Positions 8,302-16,800 of a DNA stretch of 24,000 nucleotides are shown here, piece after piece. Under the pieces are notes generated by a model. That model had not been told where the DNA came from and made no database searches. It worked only from the letters and a program-made list of their open reading frames with translations. A program made the position numbers and the translations under genes. Location of the stretch: contig JAIEPE010000028.1 of assembly GCA_019749915.1 (NCBI GenBank), positions 1 through 24,000 of the forward strand, given 5' to 3'. This DNA is from Alphaproteobacteria bacterium (GTDB lineage: Bacteria > Pseudomonadota > Alphaproteobacteria > UBA9655). Every line of letters begins with the position of its first letter. The first letter of the stretch is position 1.

Positions 8302-9409
8302 AGTCCCCTCAACCATAAGAGAAGACGATTTGCTCAACAACCTTTTTGATCTTAAAGGATTTGAACTTGCGGCTCACAATAAACTCTCAAAAGCAACTCA
8401 TGCTTTTTTTGCAGGAGGGGCAGGAGAGGGAATAACTCTGAATGAGAATGTTTCTGCCTTTGACGATCTGAAGCTCTTACCAAGGATTTTAAGAGACGTG
8501 CAAGAACGTTCTTTATCTACGACACTCCTCAATGAACGAATAGATTTCCCTCTTCTGATAGCTCCTATGGCTTTTCAGTGCCTTGCCCATCCTGAAGGAG
8601 AAGTAGCAACGACCAAAGCAGCTCAGGAACATAATATTCCCATGGTTGTGAGTACCTGCTCCACGTGCTCTTTTGAAGAGATAAAGGTACAAACAACAAT
8701 AGCCCCTTGGCTACAGCTGTATATCTATAAGGATCGAGAAATTACAAAGAATTTAATTCAGCTGGCCGAAGCTTCTGGCTATAAGGGGATTGTTTTAACT
8801 GTCGATGCTCCTCTATACGGCAAAAGAATTAACGAGCTTCATCATCCTCTCACACTTCCTTTAGATTTTGAGATAAAAAACTTACAAAATGCGGGCTTAA
8901 ATTTAAAAGACATACCTTCAAGCAAGCTAGCCAGTACCTTAGCGTCCTTGCTTGATCCCTCTTTAACTTGGAATGATATAGATTGGCTCCGTTCCATAAC
9001 GGGACTTCCCCTTATTCTTAAAGGAATTATGAACCCTAAAGATATTCAGATTGCTCAAGTACATGATATTGAAACACTCATAATCTCGAATCATGGAGGA
9101 AGACAATTAGACACAAGTCTTTCGGCACTTGAGACCTTAAAGCTCATGAGAGGCTTGGATAAAGGGAAGATGGAGTTCATCCTCGATGGAGGAGTCAGAA
9201 AAGGCGTCGATATTTTAAAAGCTCTCGCTCTGGGGGCTAAAGCTGTGATGGTCGGACGGCCTATTCTTTGGGGACTAGCCGTGGGAGGAGAAGACGGCGT
9301 AAAAAAAGTTTTGGCCATCTTAAAGGCAGAGTTAGATTTAGCGATGGCCCTATGCGGGTATACCTCGATAAACCAAATTAATGAAGAGGTGCTTTACTTC
9401 CCTGGGTAG
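8291..9409 (+). CDS. hmo: FMN-dependent alpha-hydroxy-acid oxidase; by context 4-hydroxymandelate oxidase
   Basis: Glycolate-oxidase/LldD family with SNHGGRQLD, LDGGVRKG and GAKAVMVGRP. The ATG at 8291 overlaps the ABC stop by 11 nt. The alternative ATG at 8246 has a GAGGGG Shine-Dalgarno-like run but a 56-nt overlap, so the start is uncertain. Confidence 0.8.
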   Translation: MQLKVPSTIREDDLLNNLFDLKGFELAAHNKLSKATHAFFAGGAGEGITLNENVSAFDDLKLLPRILRDVQERSLSTTLLNERIDFPLLIAPMAFQCLAHPEGEVATTKAAQEHNIPMVVSTCSTCSFEEIKVQTTIAPWLQLYIYKDREITKNLIQLAEASGYKGIVLTVDAPLYGKRINELHHPLTLPLDFEIKNLQNAGLNLKDIPSSKLASTLASLLDPSLTWNDIDWLRSITGLPLILKGIMNPKDIQIAQVHDIETLIISNHGGRQLDTSLSALETLKLMRGLDKGKMEFILDGGVRKGVDILKALALGAKAVMVGRPILWGLAVGGEDGVKKVLAILKAELDLAMALCGYTSINQINEEVLYFPG

Positions 9410-9412
9410 ATA

Positions 9413-10753
9413 ATGAAAAAAATCTCCGAAAAATACAAAAAAAGTAAAATCAGAAGAAAACTTATGAACCTAAAGAAATCCCTCCTTGTAGAAAAAAGAG
9501 TTATCGTTGCCTCCTCTTTGGGAAACTTGCTCGAAATGTACTCTTTCTCACTTTTTGCGTTGCTTCTCCCAACGCTCACACCCCTATTTTTCCCTTTATC
9601 AGACCCTTTGGCTGCGCTTTTTCTAGCTTATAGTGTTTTTTCTGTTGGATTCCTCGCCTATCCTTTAGGCGCACTTCTCTTTGGATATATGGGAGACAGA
9701 TATGGTCGGCGATTTGCTTTATCCCTATCCCTCCTGGGGATGGCACTGAGTACTTTCTGTATAGGGTTGTTACCTTCTTATGCAACACTCGGTATTATTT
9801 CTCCCTTACTCTTAGCTTGTTTTCGCCTTATTCAAGGAATTTGTGCAGGAGGAGAGTGCATGGGAAGTGGAATCTTTCTTATTGAGTCTACCTCAGCAAA
9901 AAACTCTGGATTTTTTGGCTCATTAGTTGCTGCCTCAGGGACTTTTGGCGCTCTTTATGCTTCTATTGTAAGTGTCATTTTTGTTTCATCAATAATGCCT
10001 TCTTGGGCGTGGAGAATTCCCTTCATCGTCTCAATTTTTATTGGAGGCGTTGGGTTATATCTAAGGAGTACGTTAGAGGAGAGCTCTTCTTTTAAGAATT
10101 CTTTTTCTAAAACCAATTACAGTCCTATAAAAGAAGTCTTTCGCCATCATTTTATCCCCTTATTATGTGCCGTCGGTATAGGGGCTCTTGGGACTGTTCC
10201 CTTTTATCTAACCATAGGGTTTCTTAACAGCTACTTAGTTTTTTTAAATATCATAACCATCCAACATAGTGAGAGTTTGAATTTTATCCTCTTGCTATTC
10301 TGTGTTCTTACGATGCCATTTGTAGGCTATTTGGCAGATAAGGTAGGTCACGTAAAAATTATGGTCTTGTCTGCTCTTCTTTCTTTAATGTACGCCTATC
10401 CATTTTTCTGCATTGTTTACACGGACTCCTTTTTTACTATCGTTTTTGCGGAGCTGCTCTTTCTAGCCCTTTCACAACTGTTTGTAGCGCCGCTCAATGC
10501 TTTCATGTCCCAGCTTTTTCCTGTACGTGCCCGATATACGGGGGCAGCTTTTGGATATTGCATGGGTATGGCTTTGTTTGGTGGGACAGCTCCTTATATT
10601 TCTTTATCTCTTATAAACTGGCTAGGAACGCCTCGCGCTCCTTTCCTCTATATGATGTTTATTTGTTTGATAGGGCTTATTTCTGTTCGTATGGGGAAGG
10701 GTTATTTAGCATCTGAACAAAGAGAGTATAAACTTATAGAGAGCGAGGTTTAG
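9413..10753 (+). CDS. MFS transporter (metabolite:H+ symporter / ProP-like subfamily)
   Basis: 446 aa with about 12 hydrophobic segments and the MFS loop motif GDRYGRR between TM2 and TM3. It starts 4 nt after the hmo-like stop. An alternative start lies at 9464. Confidence 0.85.
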   Translation: MKKISEKYKKSKIRRKLMNLKKSLLVEKRVIVASSLGNLLEMYSFSLFALLLPTLTPLFFPLSDPLAALFLAYSVFSVGFLAYPLGALLFGYMGDRYGRRFALSLSLLGMALSTFCIGLLPSYATLGIISPLLLACFRLIQGICAGGECMGSGIFLIESTSAKNSGFFGSLVAASGTFGALYASIVSVIFVSSIMPSWAWRIPFIVSIFIGGVGLYLRSTLEESSSFKNSFSKTNYSPIKEVFRHHFIPLLCAVGIGALGTVPFYLTIGFLNSYLVFLNIITIQHSESLNFILLLFCVLTMPFVGYLADKVGHVKIMVLSALLSLMYAYPFFCIVYTDSFFTIVFAELLFLALSQLFVAPLNAFMSQLFPVRARYTGAAFGYCMGMALFGGTAPYISLSLINWLGTPRAPFLYMMFICLIGLISVRMGKGYLASEQREYKLIESEV

Positions 10754-10837
10754 GGGAGAAAAAATGCAAAAACAAATAATAAAGAAAAGATAAGAAAAGC
10801 TGCCTAAATTTTAGCTCAAGAGGGAGAGATAATAAAT

Positions 10838-11092
10838 ATGAATCAAATGATGGGGACTTCTAAAGAAGCTCAAAATAAAATCCTCCATTTTTTAGAGGAA
10901 GAATTTGCCAGATTAAAATCTGATTGCCAGGAAGAATTTAAAAAGAAGGGCATGATAAAACGAAAAAACATAGATAAGAAACGACAGAAACTACATCAAA
11001 AGATAGAGGCTGTGTTCAAAATACATTCTTTAGATGCAGCAATAAAGGAAGGACTTCGTTCTCTCCAAGAGGAAATCAAGAATTTTACCTGA
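10838..11092 (+). CDS. Hypothetical small charged/coiled-coil protein (84 aa)
   Basis: ORF only. It is Lys/Glu-rich and helical-looking, with a weak GGGAGAG about 10 nt upstream. I recognise no family. Confidence 0.35.
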   Translation: MNQMMGTSKEAQNKILHFLEEEFARLKSDCQEEFKKKGMIKRKNIDKKRQKLHQKIEAVFKIHSLDAAIKEGLRSLQEEIKNFT

Positions 11093-11173
11093 ATGATAAC
11101 AAAGAAAAGAAAAATTAGGTGAAACTTCAATACAATCTCGTACATTAAAAAACCTGATTGCGGAAAGGTCCTT

Positions 11174-12736
11174 TTAAGAGACACAGGATAATGCCTCCCT
11201 TTCTGTGATTGTTTTGATCGCCATAATTCGATCCATTCGAAAAACTTTATCCTCCTGACTTGTGTGGCAAAAAGCTTTAATTCCCATGTAAGAGATGTTT
11301 TGATACTTCATCAACCTAACGTAAGTTGGTGTTATACGACGAGTGGATTTTTCATTGCTTGCATTGAGGTAAATAATCTCAAGGAGTTGCTGATTTACAA
11401 GGGCAGTTTTGATAAGTTCACTGGTTTCTTCAGGAGAAAAGTGCAGGGACGGTGTGTGCCTTTTAAGATGACTTATGAAAGTAACAACCTCTTCATCACT
11501 CCAGATGTGTCGTGGGTGAATCTGCTTTTTTAAGATCAACCCTTCAAGAGATGTACATCGACTTAAGGCCACATAAACTTGTCCGGACATAAAAGCACCA
11601 CTTCCAATATCAAGGATAACTTTTTGAAAGGTTTTCCCCTGACTTTTATGAATCGTGAGGGCCCAGGCGAGGGCGAGGGGGTATTGGCTGAAAGAGCCTA
11701 TTATCTCTGATTGAATCGCATTTTCTTCAAGAAAAAAGCGGTTGATTTCCCATTTGTGAGGGGAGACATGAACAACTGTCCCCTTTTCGAGGCATACAAC
11801 AATAGTGATATTTTCCTCTTCATCTTTTTCAAAGGCTAGAATTTTTCCCATCGTGCCATTGATCCAGTTCCCTTCAAGATCATTATTTACCATCATAATT
11901 TTGGCGCCTTCCTTAAGGGTTAAAGTCTGGCGTGTTGGATAATATTCTTGTCCAAAAGTTCCCTTGATCTGTGCCTCTGCGGTAAAAGGTTTGCCCTTTA
12001 AAGCATCCAGTTTGTCTGCATTAATAGTATCCGCGTTGCCGTTTTTTGGAGTAAGGTAAATATACCACTCCGATTCAAAATCTGGTTTCACCCGTTGGTT
12101 TAAGAGAGCCATATCCTCTTCTGTCATTGTCTCGTTACGAATGGCGTTTAAAAGGCGAATGAAATGATCCTCTTGCTGACGAAATATTTTCTCCAACTCT
12201 ATAAAGGTCATCTCGTATTTTTCAAAAAATAGAGCACTGAAAAAATAAGGGCTTTTATAGTGGGCTCCAAAAATGTCCTTTTCTTGAGAGGTGACAACGG
12301 GAGGCAATTGATAAAGGTCTCCAATAAAAATTATTTGGATTCCCCCAAAGGGCTGGGAAGGATTTTTTCCATTCAAACGTAGAAATCTATCCACGCAGTC
12401 CAATAAGTCAGCTCTCACCATAGAAATTTCATCAATAACAATGGCATCTAACTTTTTATAAATATTTTTCTTTTCTTTGCCTTTAATCGTTTTAATGGAG
12501 TTTAAGGTGACGCTATGTTTGAACTTAAAGAAGGAATGAATCGTTTGTCCCTGCACATTGATTGCCGCAACCCCTGTGGGGGCTAATACAACAATCTTCT
12601 TCTTTGTATGATGCCTAAAATAAGTGAAGAGAGTTGATTTTCCGGTTCCCGCTTTCCCTGTGATAAAAAGATTCTGAGAGGTATTCTCCATGAGGTCCAG
12701 AGTCTCATTAATGGCAGGATTAAAAGTAATATTCAT
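11174..12736 (-). CDS. Pif1/RecD-family SF1B helicase with C-terminal WYL-like domain
   Basis: Pif1 motifs: GKAGTGKST, LAPTGVAAINVQGQTIHSFF, IVIDEISMV, PFGGIQIIFIGDLYQLPPV, LTIHKSQGKTF, YVALSRC. The C-terminal ~80 aa (nt 11177-11419) reads RRITPTYVRL...ISYMGIKAFCHTSQEDKVFRMDRIMAI, resembling the WYL fold pattern (x-Y-L-x-A-x-C...R-x-F-R-x-D-R-I). Confidence 0.85.
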   Translation of the reverse strand: MNITFNPAINETLDLMENTSQNLFITGKAGTGKSTLFTYFRHHTKKKIVVLAPTGVAAINVQGQTIHSFFKFKHSVTLNSIKTIKGKEKKNIYKKLDAIVIDEISMVRADLLDCVDRFLRLNGKNPSQPFGGIQIIFIGDLYQLPPVVTSQEKDIFGAHYKSPYFFSALFFEKYEMTFIELEKIFRQQEDHFIRLLNAIRNETMTEEDMALLNQRVKPDFESEWYIYLTPKNGNADTINADKLDALKGKPFTAEAQIKGTFGQEYYPTRQTLTLKEGAKIMMVNNDLEGNWINGTMGKILAFEKDEEENITIVVCLEKGTVVHVSPHKWEINRFFLEENAIQSEIIGSFSQYPLALAWALTIHKSQGKTFQKVILDIGSGAFMSGQVYVALSRCTSLEGLILKKQIHPRHIWSDEEVVTFISHLKRHTPSLHFSPEETSELIKTALVNQQLLEIIYLNASNEKSTRRITPTYVRLMKYQNISYMGIKAFCHTSQEDKVFRMDRIMAIKTITEREALSCVS

Positions 12737-12964
12737 TGCGACCAGGCATCGTTTGCTGTTTTTGTAACAGTGTTCTTGCGGGATTGAGTAAACATTAAGA
12801 CAGGTTTGAAACTCATTTTAAGTTTTGATCATTTGTGGGGGTGGTTAAGTTAACCTTTTGCCTTACCCTGTTCTATTGGAAATGCGCTGCAGCCCCCTCC
12901 TGCATTTCGGAGATACCATAGCAAAAATTTTAAGGAAAGGAAATAAGAATCAAAAGTATAAGAA

Positions 12965-13210
12965 TCAGAAACGCCTCTCCCCAACAGACCTCCATCTTTC
13001 AAAGTTATCTTCATCGAACTCATTTTCTTCAAAACAAGTTATGAGAAAGCCCAGAAGCTGGAGGGCCTTAGGGCGGTTTTCATAGGCTTGAAGCTCATCT
13101 CCCGGGGTGATGTGGAAGGCATCCATGAGGCCGGATTTCTGTAAAAGGCCGCCCAGCATTATTAAAGTTCGAGTACGATTTTTACGGTCGACATTGTGTT
13201 GCTGTTTCAT
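12965..13210 (-). CDS. traD: TraD-like small conjugal-transfer accessory protein (Ti-plasmid TraD family, not the F-type coupling protein)
   Basis: The motif RKNRTRTLIMLGGLLQKSGL matches the R-K-x-x-T-R-x-x-I-x-LGGL-x-x-K-x-GL core of Ti TraD. The ATG at 13210 gives 81 aa and no overlap with the upstream gene. The track start at 13333 would overlap the traC-like gene by 107 nt. Confidence 0.6.
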   Translation of the reverse strand: MKQQHNVDRKNRTRTLIMLGGLLQKSGLMDAFHITPGDELQAYENRPKALQLLGFLITCFEENEFDEDNFERWRSVGERRF

Positions 13211-13226
13211 TTTCTGTTTCTCTCGA

Positions 13227-13559
13227 TTAAGAAGATTTCTGAGATGGTTTAGATTTTGCTGTAGCCGTTTCAAGCGGGAGGGTAGGGGGCTGCTTTTTAG
13301 ATTTTGAGCGCCGCAGAAATCGATCACCTGCATCTCGCCAGGCCTCCACCAGGGCGAGCCCTGTTGGGTCTTTGGTGGAGATTTTGTTCTTTAGAAAGAG
13401 CAGGGCTCCAAGGAGGATATTGTCCTCAACTTGGGCAAGATCAAGGGATGTCATGAGGGCTGCAATTTCCTGGTGGCGCTCTTTCAGAAGAGTCTGATGG
13501 TGGGATTGGAGAGTTGAGATTTTGGATTCAAGTTGGCGTAATTTTAATGAGACACTCAT
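13227..13559 (-). CDS. traC: TraC-like relaxosome accessory protein (Ti-plasmid TraC family), tentative
   Basis: 110 aa with an N-terminal coiled coil, then LDLAQVEDNILLGALLFL...WRDAGDRF, similar in layout to Ti TraC. It is divergent from the relaxase across the oriT gap, as in Ti plasmids. The ATG at 13559 has AAGGAG (complement of 13568-13573) 8 nt upstream. Confidence 0.5.
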   Translation of the reverse strand: MSVSLKLRQLESKISTLQSHHQTLLKERHQEIAALMTSLDLAQVEDNILLGALLFLKNKISTKDPTGLALVEAWRDAGDRFLRRSKSKKQPPTLPLETATAKSKPSQKSS

Positions 13560-13580
13560 GTGTTTTTCTCCTTTGTTCAA

Positions 13581-13605
13581 GCGCTTAGGTTTCTCGCCTA
13601 AGAGC
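13581..13605 (-). promoter_or_regulatory. Inverted repeat in the traC-like leader (possible operator)
   Basis: GCGCTTAGG (13581-13589) and CCTAAGAGC (13597-13605) form 8/9 complementary arms with a 7-nt spacer. The element begins 22 nt upstream of the 13559 start. Confidence 0.3.
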
Positions 13606-13730
13606 ATGGTTCACATTTTTGCCTCTTTACGGTTGTAGTATAGCAAACTTGCATAAACGACACAAGTATAAAAATATACATTGATACAAAAATATAAAAA
13701 TTATACACTCCTCATTAGGCAGTCATCTTT

Positions 13731-13776
13731 AGATGCGCACTTATGCGGACTTGCCAGTCGGGGACCGGCAGTCCTC
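13731..13776 (-). other. Predicted origin of transfer (oriT), MOBQ type
   Basis: The minus strand reads GGACTGCCGG-TCCCCGA-CTGGCAAGTCC-GCA-TAAGTGCGC-ATCT. This is an inverted repeat followed by a 9-mer identical to the RSF1010/R1162 nick-region core TAAGTGCGC(CCT), as I recall it. It lies in the gap between the divergent traC-like and relaxase genes, next to an AT-rich tract at 13664-13708. Confidence 0.6.
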
Positions 13777-13885
13777 TGTGCTTAACGGCCACAGGCGAGA
13801 TGATAATTCAAGGTCAGCGGCAGACCTTTTTTAGAGACTTCGCATCACAACAACACAATGGATTGACGCCTAGAGTTAGGTGTCC

Positions 13886-16800
13886 ATGGCGATTTACTCG
13901 CTCAATCTTGGCTTTATTTCCCGCAGTGAAGGTCGCTCTGCGGTGGGCTTTAGTGCGTATATTTCAGCGGGTCATCATCTGGATGAACGTACTGGCATTC
14001 GTCATGATTATGTATGTAAGGAAGACGTTATTGTCAGCCGCATTCTAGCCACTGAGGGGGCTCCGGCTTGGGCAAAGAATGCAGCAACCTTATGGAATCA
14101 CGTTGAGGCTTTTGAAGATCACTTTGCGACCTTAAGGTTCAGAGGAGACACCCGCAATCCTGATAAAAACCAGAAGAGTTTAGAAGCAAGAGAGCGCTTT
14201 TTAAACACAACCCAAACCGCTCAAACAATCATGGGGGCGTTACCTCTTGAGTTTACACAGATGGAGGCTGAAGCCTGTGTGGAGGAATTTCTTAGGGAGC
14301 GATTTGTCTCTCGGGGTCTTGTGGTGCAATACGCCATTCACTGGGATAAAGGGAACCCCCATTTTCATGGATTAATCACCCGGCGGGCTCTTGAAGGTGA
14401 TGCATTCGCTTTCCGAAAAGATCGAGACATTGTTACTAAATCCGAGCTTCGTATCACACGCAAAGCCTGGGAAAGCGTTGCCAATAAACATCTGGCTTTA
14501 GGAGGCCATGAAGTTCGCATTGATTGCCGATCTTACGCAGATCAGGGGCTTGATTTGCTCCCTACCCGCCATGAAGGATGGTATGCTCAGAGGCTTGCAG
14601 AACGAGATGAATATTCACGCATTGTTTCTGAGAATGACAACATTCGTCAAAAGAATATTGAGAGTCTTTGTAAGAATCCGGGAGCTTTAATTCACGAGGT
14701 GTCCATTAAACGCACCGTCTTTACCCGCAAACATCTTGAAGAAGAAATTATTCGCTGGGTAGGCGGTGATGAAAAACTTTTTGCCCTTTTGCAAGTGAAG
14801 GTAGAGGGTGTTGAAATACCCCCAGAGCTCATCCTGAAAACGGCTAATCACAATCAGAATGCTGTATTTGAAGGGGGGATTAACAACATAGCTGCCAAGT
14901 TTATGGAGAAGCTATTAGAAAACACAAACATGGTTGCTGTTGTTGGCGAGAACCTTAACCGCGAGAAGATTTTTACGTCCGCTTCTTATCAACAACAAGA
15001 AGAACAACTCCTCTGTTTTGGAGAGATCTTATCACAACGACAGAACAAAACTGTTTCTGAGAATCTGGTTTTAAAAGCCATTGAACATCGCGAAGAAGAG
15101 CTTGGTTTTGCTTTGTCTGAGGAACAACGTGGGGTCATCTCCCATCTCTGTTCTGGTTCTGATATCAGCATTTTAAATGGTAAGGCCGGCACGGGTAAAA
15201 CAACTCTGTTGAAGGTCGTCGCTGAAGCGTATCAAGAGGCTGGTTATGAGGTTTTGGGCACCTCTTTTCAAGGAAAAGTTGTTGATATCATGGAAGAAGA
15301 AATCGGCATTTCTTGTCGAACTCTTGACAGCTTTATTTATGCCTGGAACAAGCATCAAACACAAAGGGAATTAGTTGAAAGTGGTAAGCTCTGGGGACGG
15401 CCTTACATCTATGCCTTTAATAGCATGAAGGAAATGGAGAAATCTCGGTTCACCGAGAAAAATGTAATCATTGTTGACGAAGCCAACATGATTGGAGGGA
15501 GGCTCTGGGAGCCTTTCTTAAAGGAAGCTGTAGAGAAAGGTGCCAAGGTCCTTATTGTGCAAGACCCTGCCCAGATTAAGTCTCGTGATCCTGGGGATTA
15601 TGGCCGTCTTTTTGCAGAACGGTTTGGCGTTGCTGAAACAACTGAAGTCGTGCGTCAGAGAGTGGGGTGGCAGCGGGAGTGCTCAAAATACCTCAATGAC
15701 CATGAGGTCCTGGATGGTCTTAAGCCTTATTATGATAAGGGTCATTTGACCTGGTTTGATAATAGAGAGAAAGTCATTACTGCTCTTGCTCAATCTTATG
15801 TTAAAGACCAACTCGAAAACCCCGACCAAACCCGCATTGTCCTTGCCTATCGGAATACGGAAGTTCATGACCTTAACCAAGCCATCCGCCATGTTCTTCA
15901 AGAACACGGCCAGCTTCAACAGACCTTTCAACTTCATGGACAAGAGTACGCCATTGGGGATCGGATTCGCTTTACCCAAAATGACAACCATGGACAATAT
16001 ATTAAAAATATTGATGGAGGAGAGCACCTCAAGGGAGTTAAAAACGGGACTTTTGGAACTATTGAAGCCTATGACGAAAGATCTGCAACGCTTACCGTAA
16101 GGCTCGAGAATAACAGACTCGCCTGTAACAGACACGTCTCTTTCAACACGACGGCATATACAAAAATCACCCATGGATATGCCATGGGAGTTCATAAGTC
16201 AGAGGGAAGCACTTTTGACAAGAGCTTTTTATCGCTCGATCCTCTCCTTGATCCTCACACCTGTCTTGTCGCCATGACTCGTCATCGCCAGGATGTTCAG
16301 GTTTATATTAATCGGGAACAGTTTGTTGATTTTAAAGATGTGGTGGATCAAATTTCTCGTACTGCTCTTAAAGAAACAATTCAAGATTATCAGATTACTG
16401 AAGAGCAAAAGTCTTACTTCAATCGCGTTCAACAATATAAGGATTTACTTGTAGAAGGGGTAAATCTACGGGAAGAGATGGAAGGAACTCTTGACCCAAA
16501 GACGCCTTTTTATAAGCATCCTTCCTATCTTGCCTATCAACTGTGTTTTGAGGAGAAGAAACGGGTTGCTAGTAGCATCCTTGAGGACTGGAAAGTTCAT
16601 GCCCCTTATACGCGCCTTGCAGGTCTTCGTAAGGATGTGCTTGAGGTAGAAGCAGGACTAAGACCTCGCTTATTATCTGACATTGAGTATCGAGCCTCTA
16701 TTCAAGTTCAGGGGTATATGGACCTTGTGCTTCAAACACGAGCGCTTTGGAAGGAAATCTCTACAACTCATCCTATATCCTTAGCTCATTCCCATGCTCT

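Noticed and set aside
12943-12967. 10-bp direct repeat ATAAGAATCA x2 (12943-12952, 12958-12967) considered as an att or integration scar
   Set aside because: It is a very short, AT-rich, tandem local duplication overlapping the traD-like stop codon. No matching copy was seen at the other side of the module.
13880-13885. GTG at 13880 as the relaxase start, and the long track starts 13607 (traC-like), 13333 (traD-like) and 1725 (MbtH)
   Set aside because: ATG 13886 yields the canonical MAIY... N-terminus and puts the catalytic Tyr at position 25. For the others, internal ATGs have better Shine-Dalgarno sequences, family-typical lengths, and avoid long same-strand overlaps. The true starts remain unverified.
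13743-14048. 101-aa plus-strand ORF spanning the oriT and the traA start
   Set aside because: It is out of frame with the strongly supported relaxase N-terminus and covers the structured oriT DNA. It is Arg/Cys-rich, as expected from an off-frame read of a GC-richer gene.
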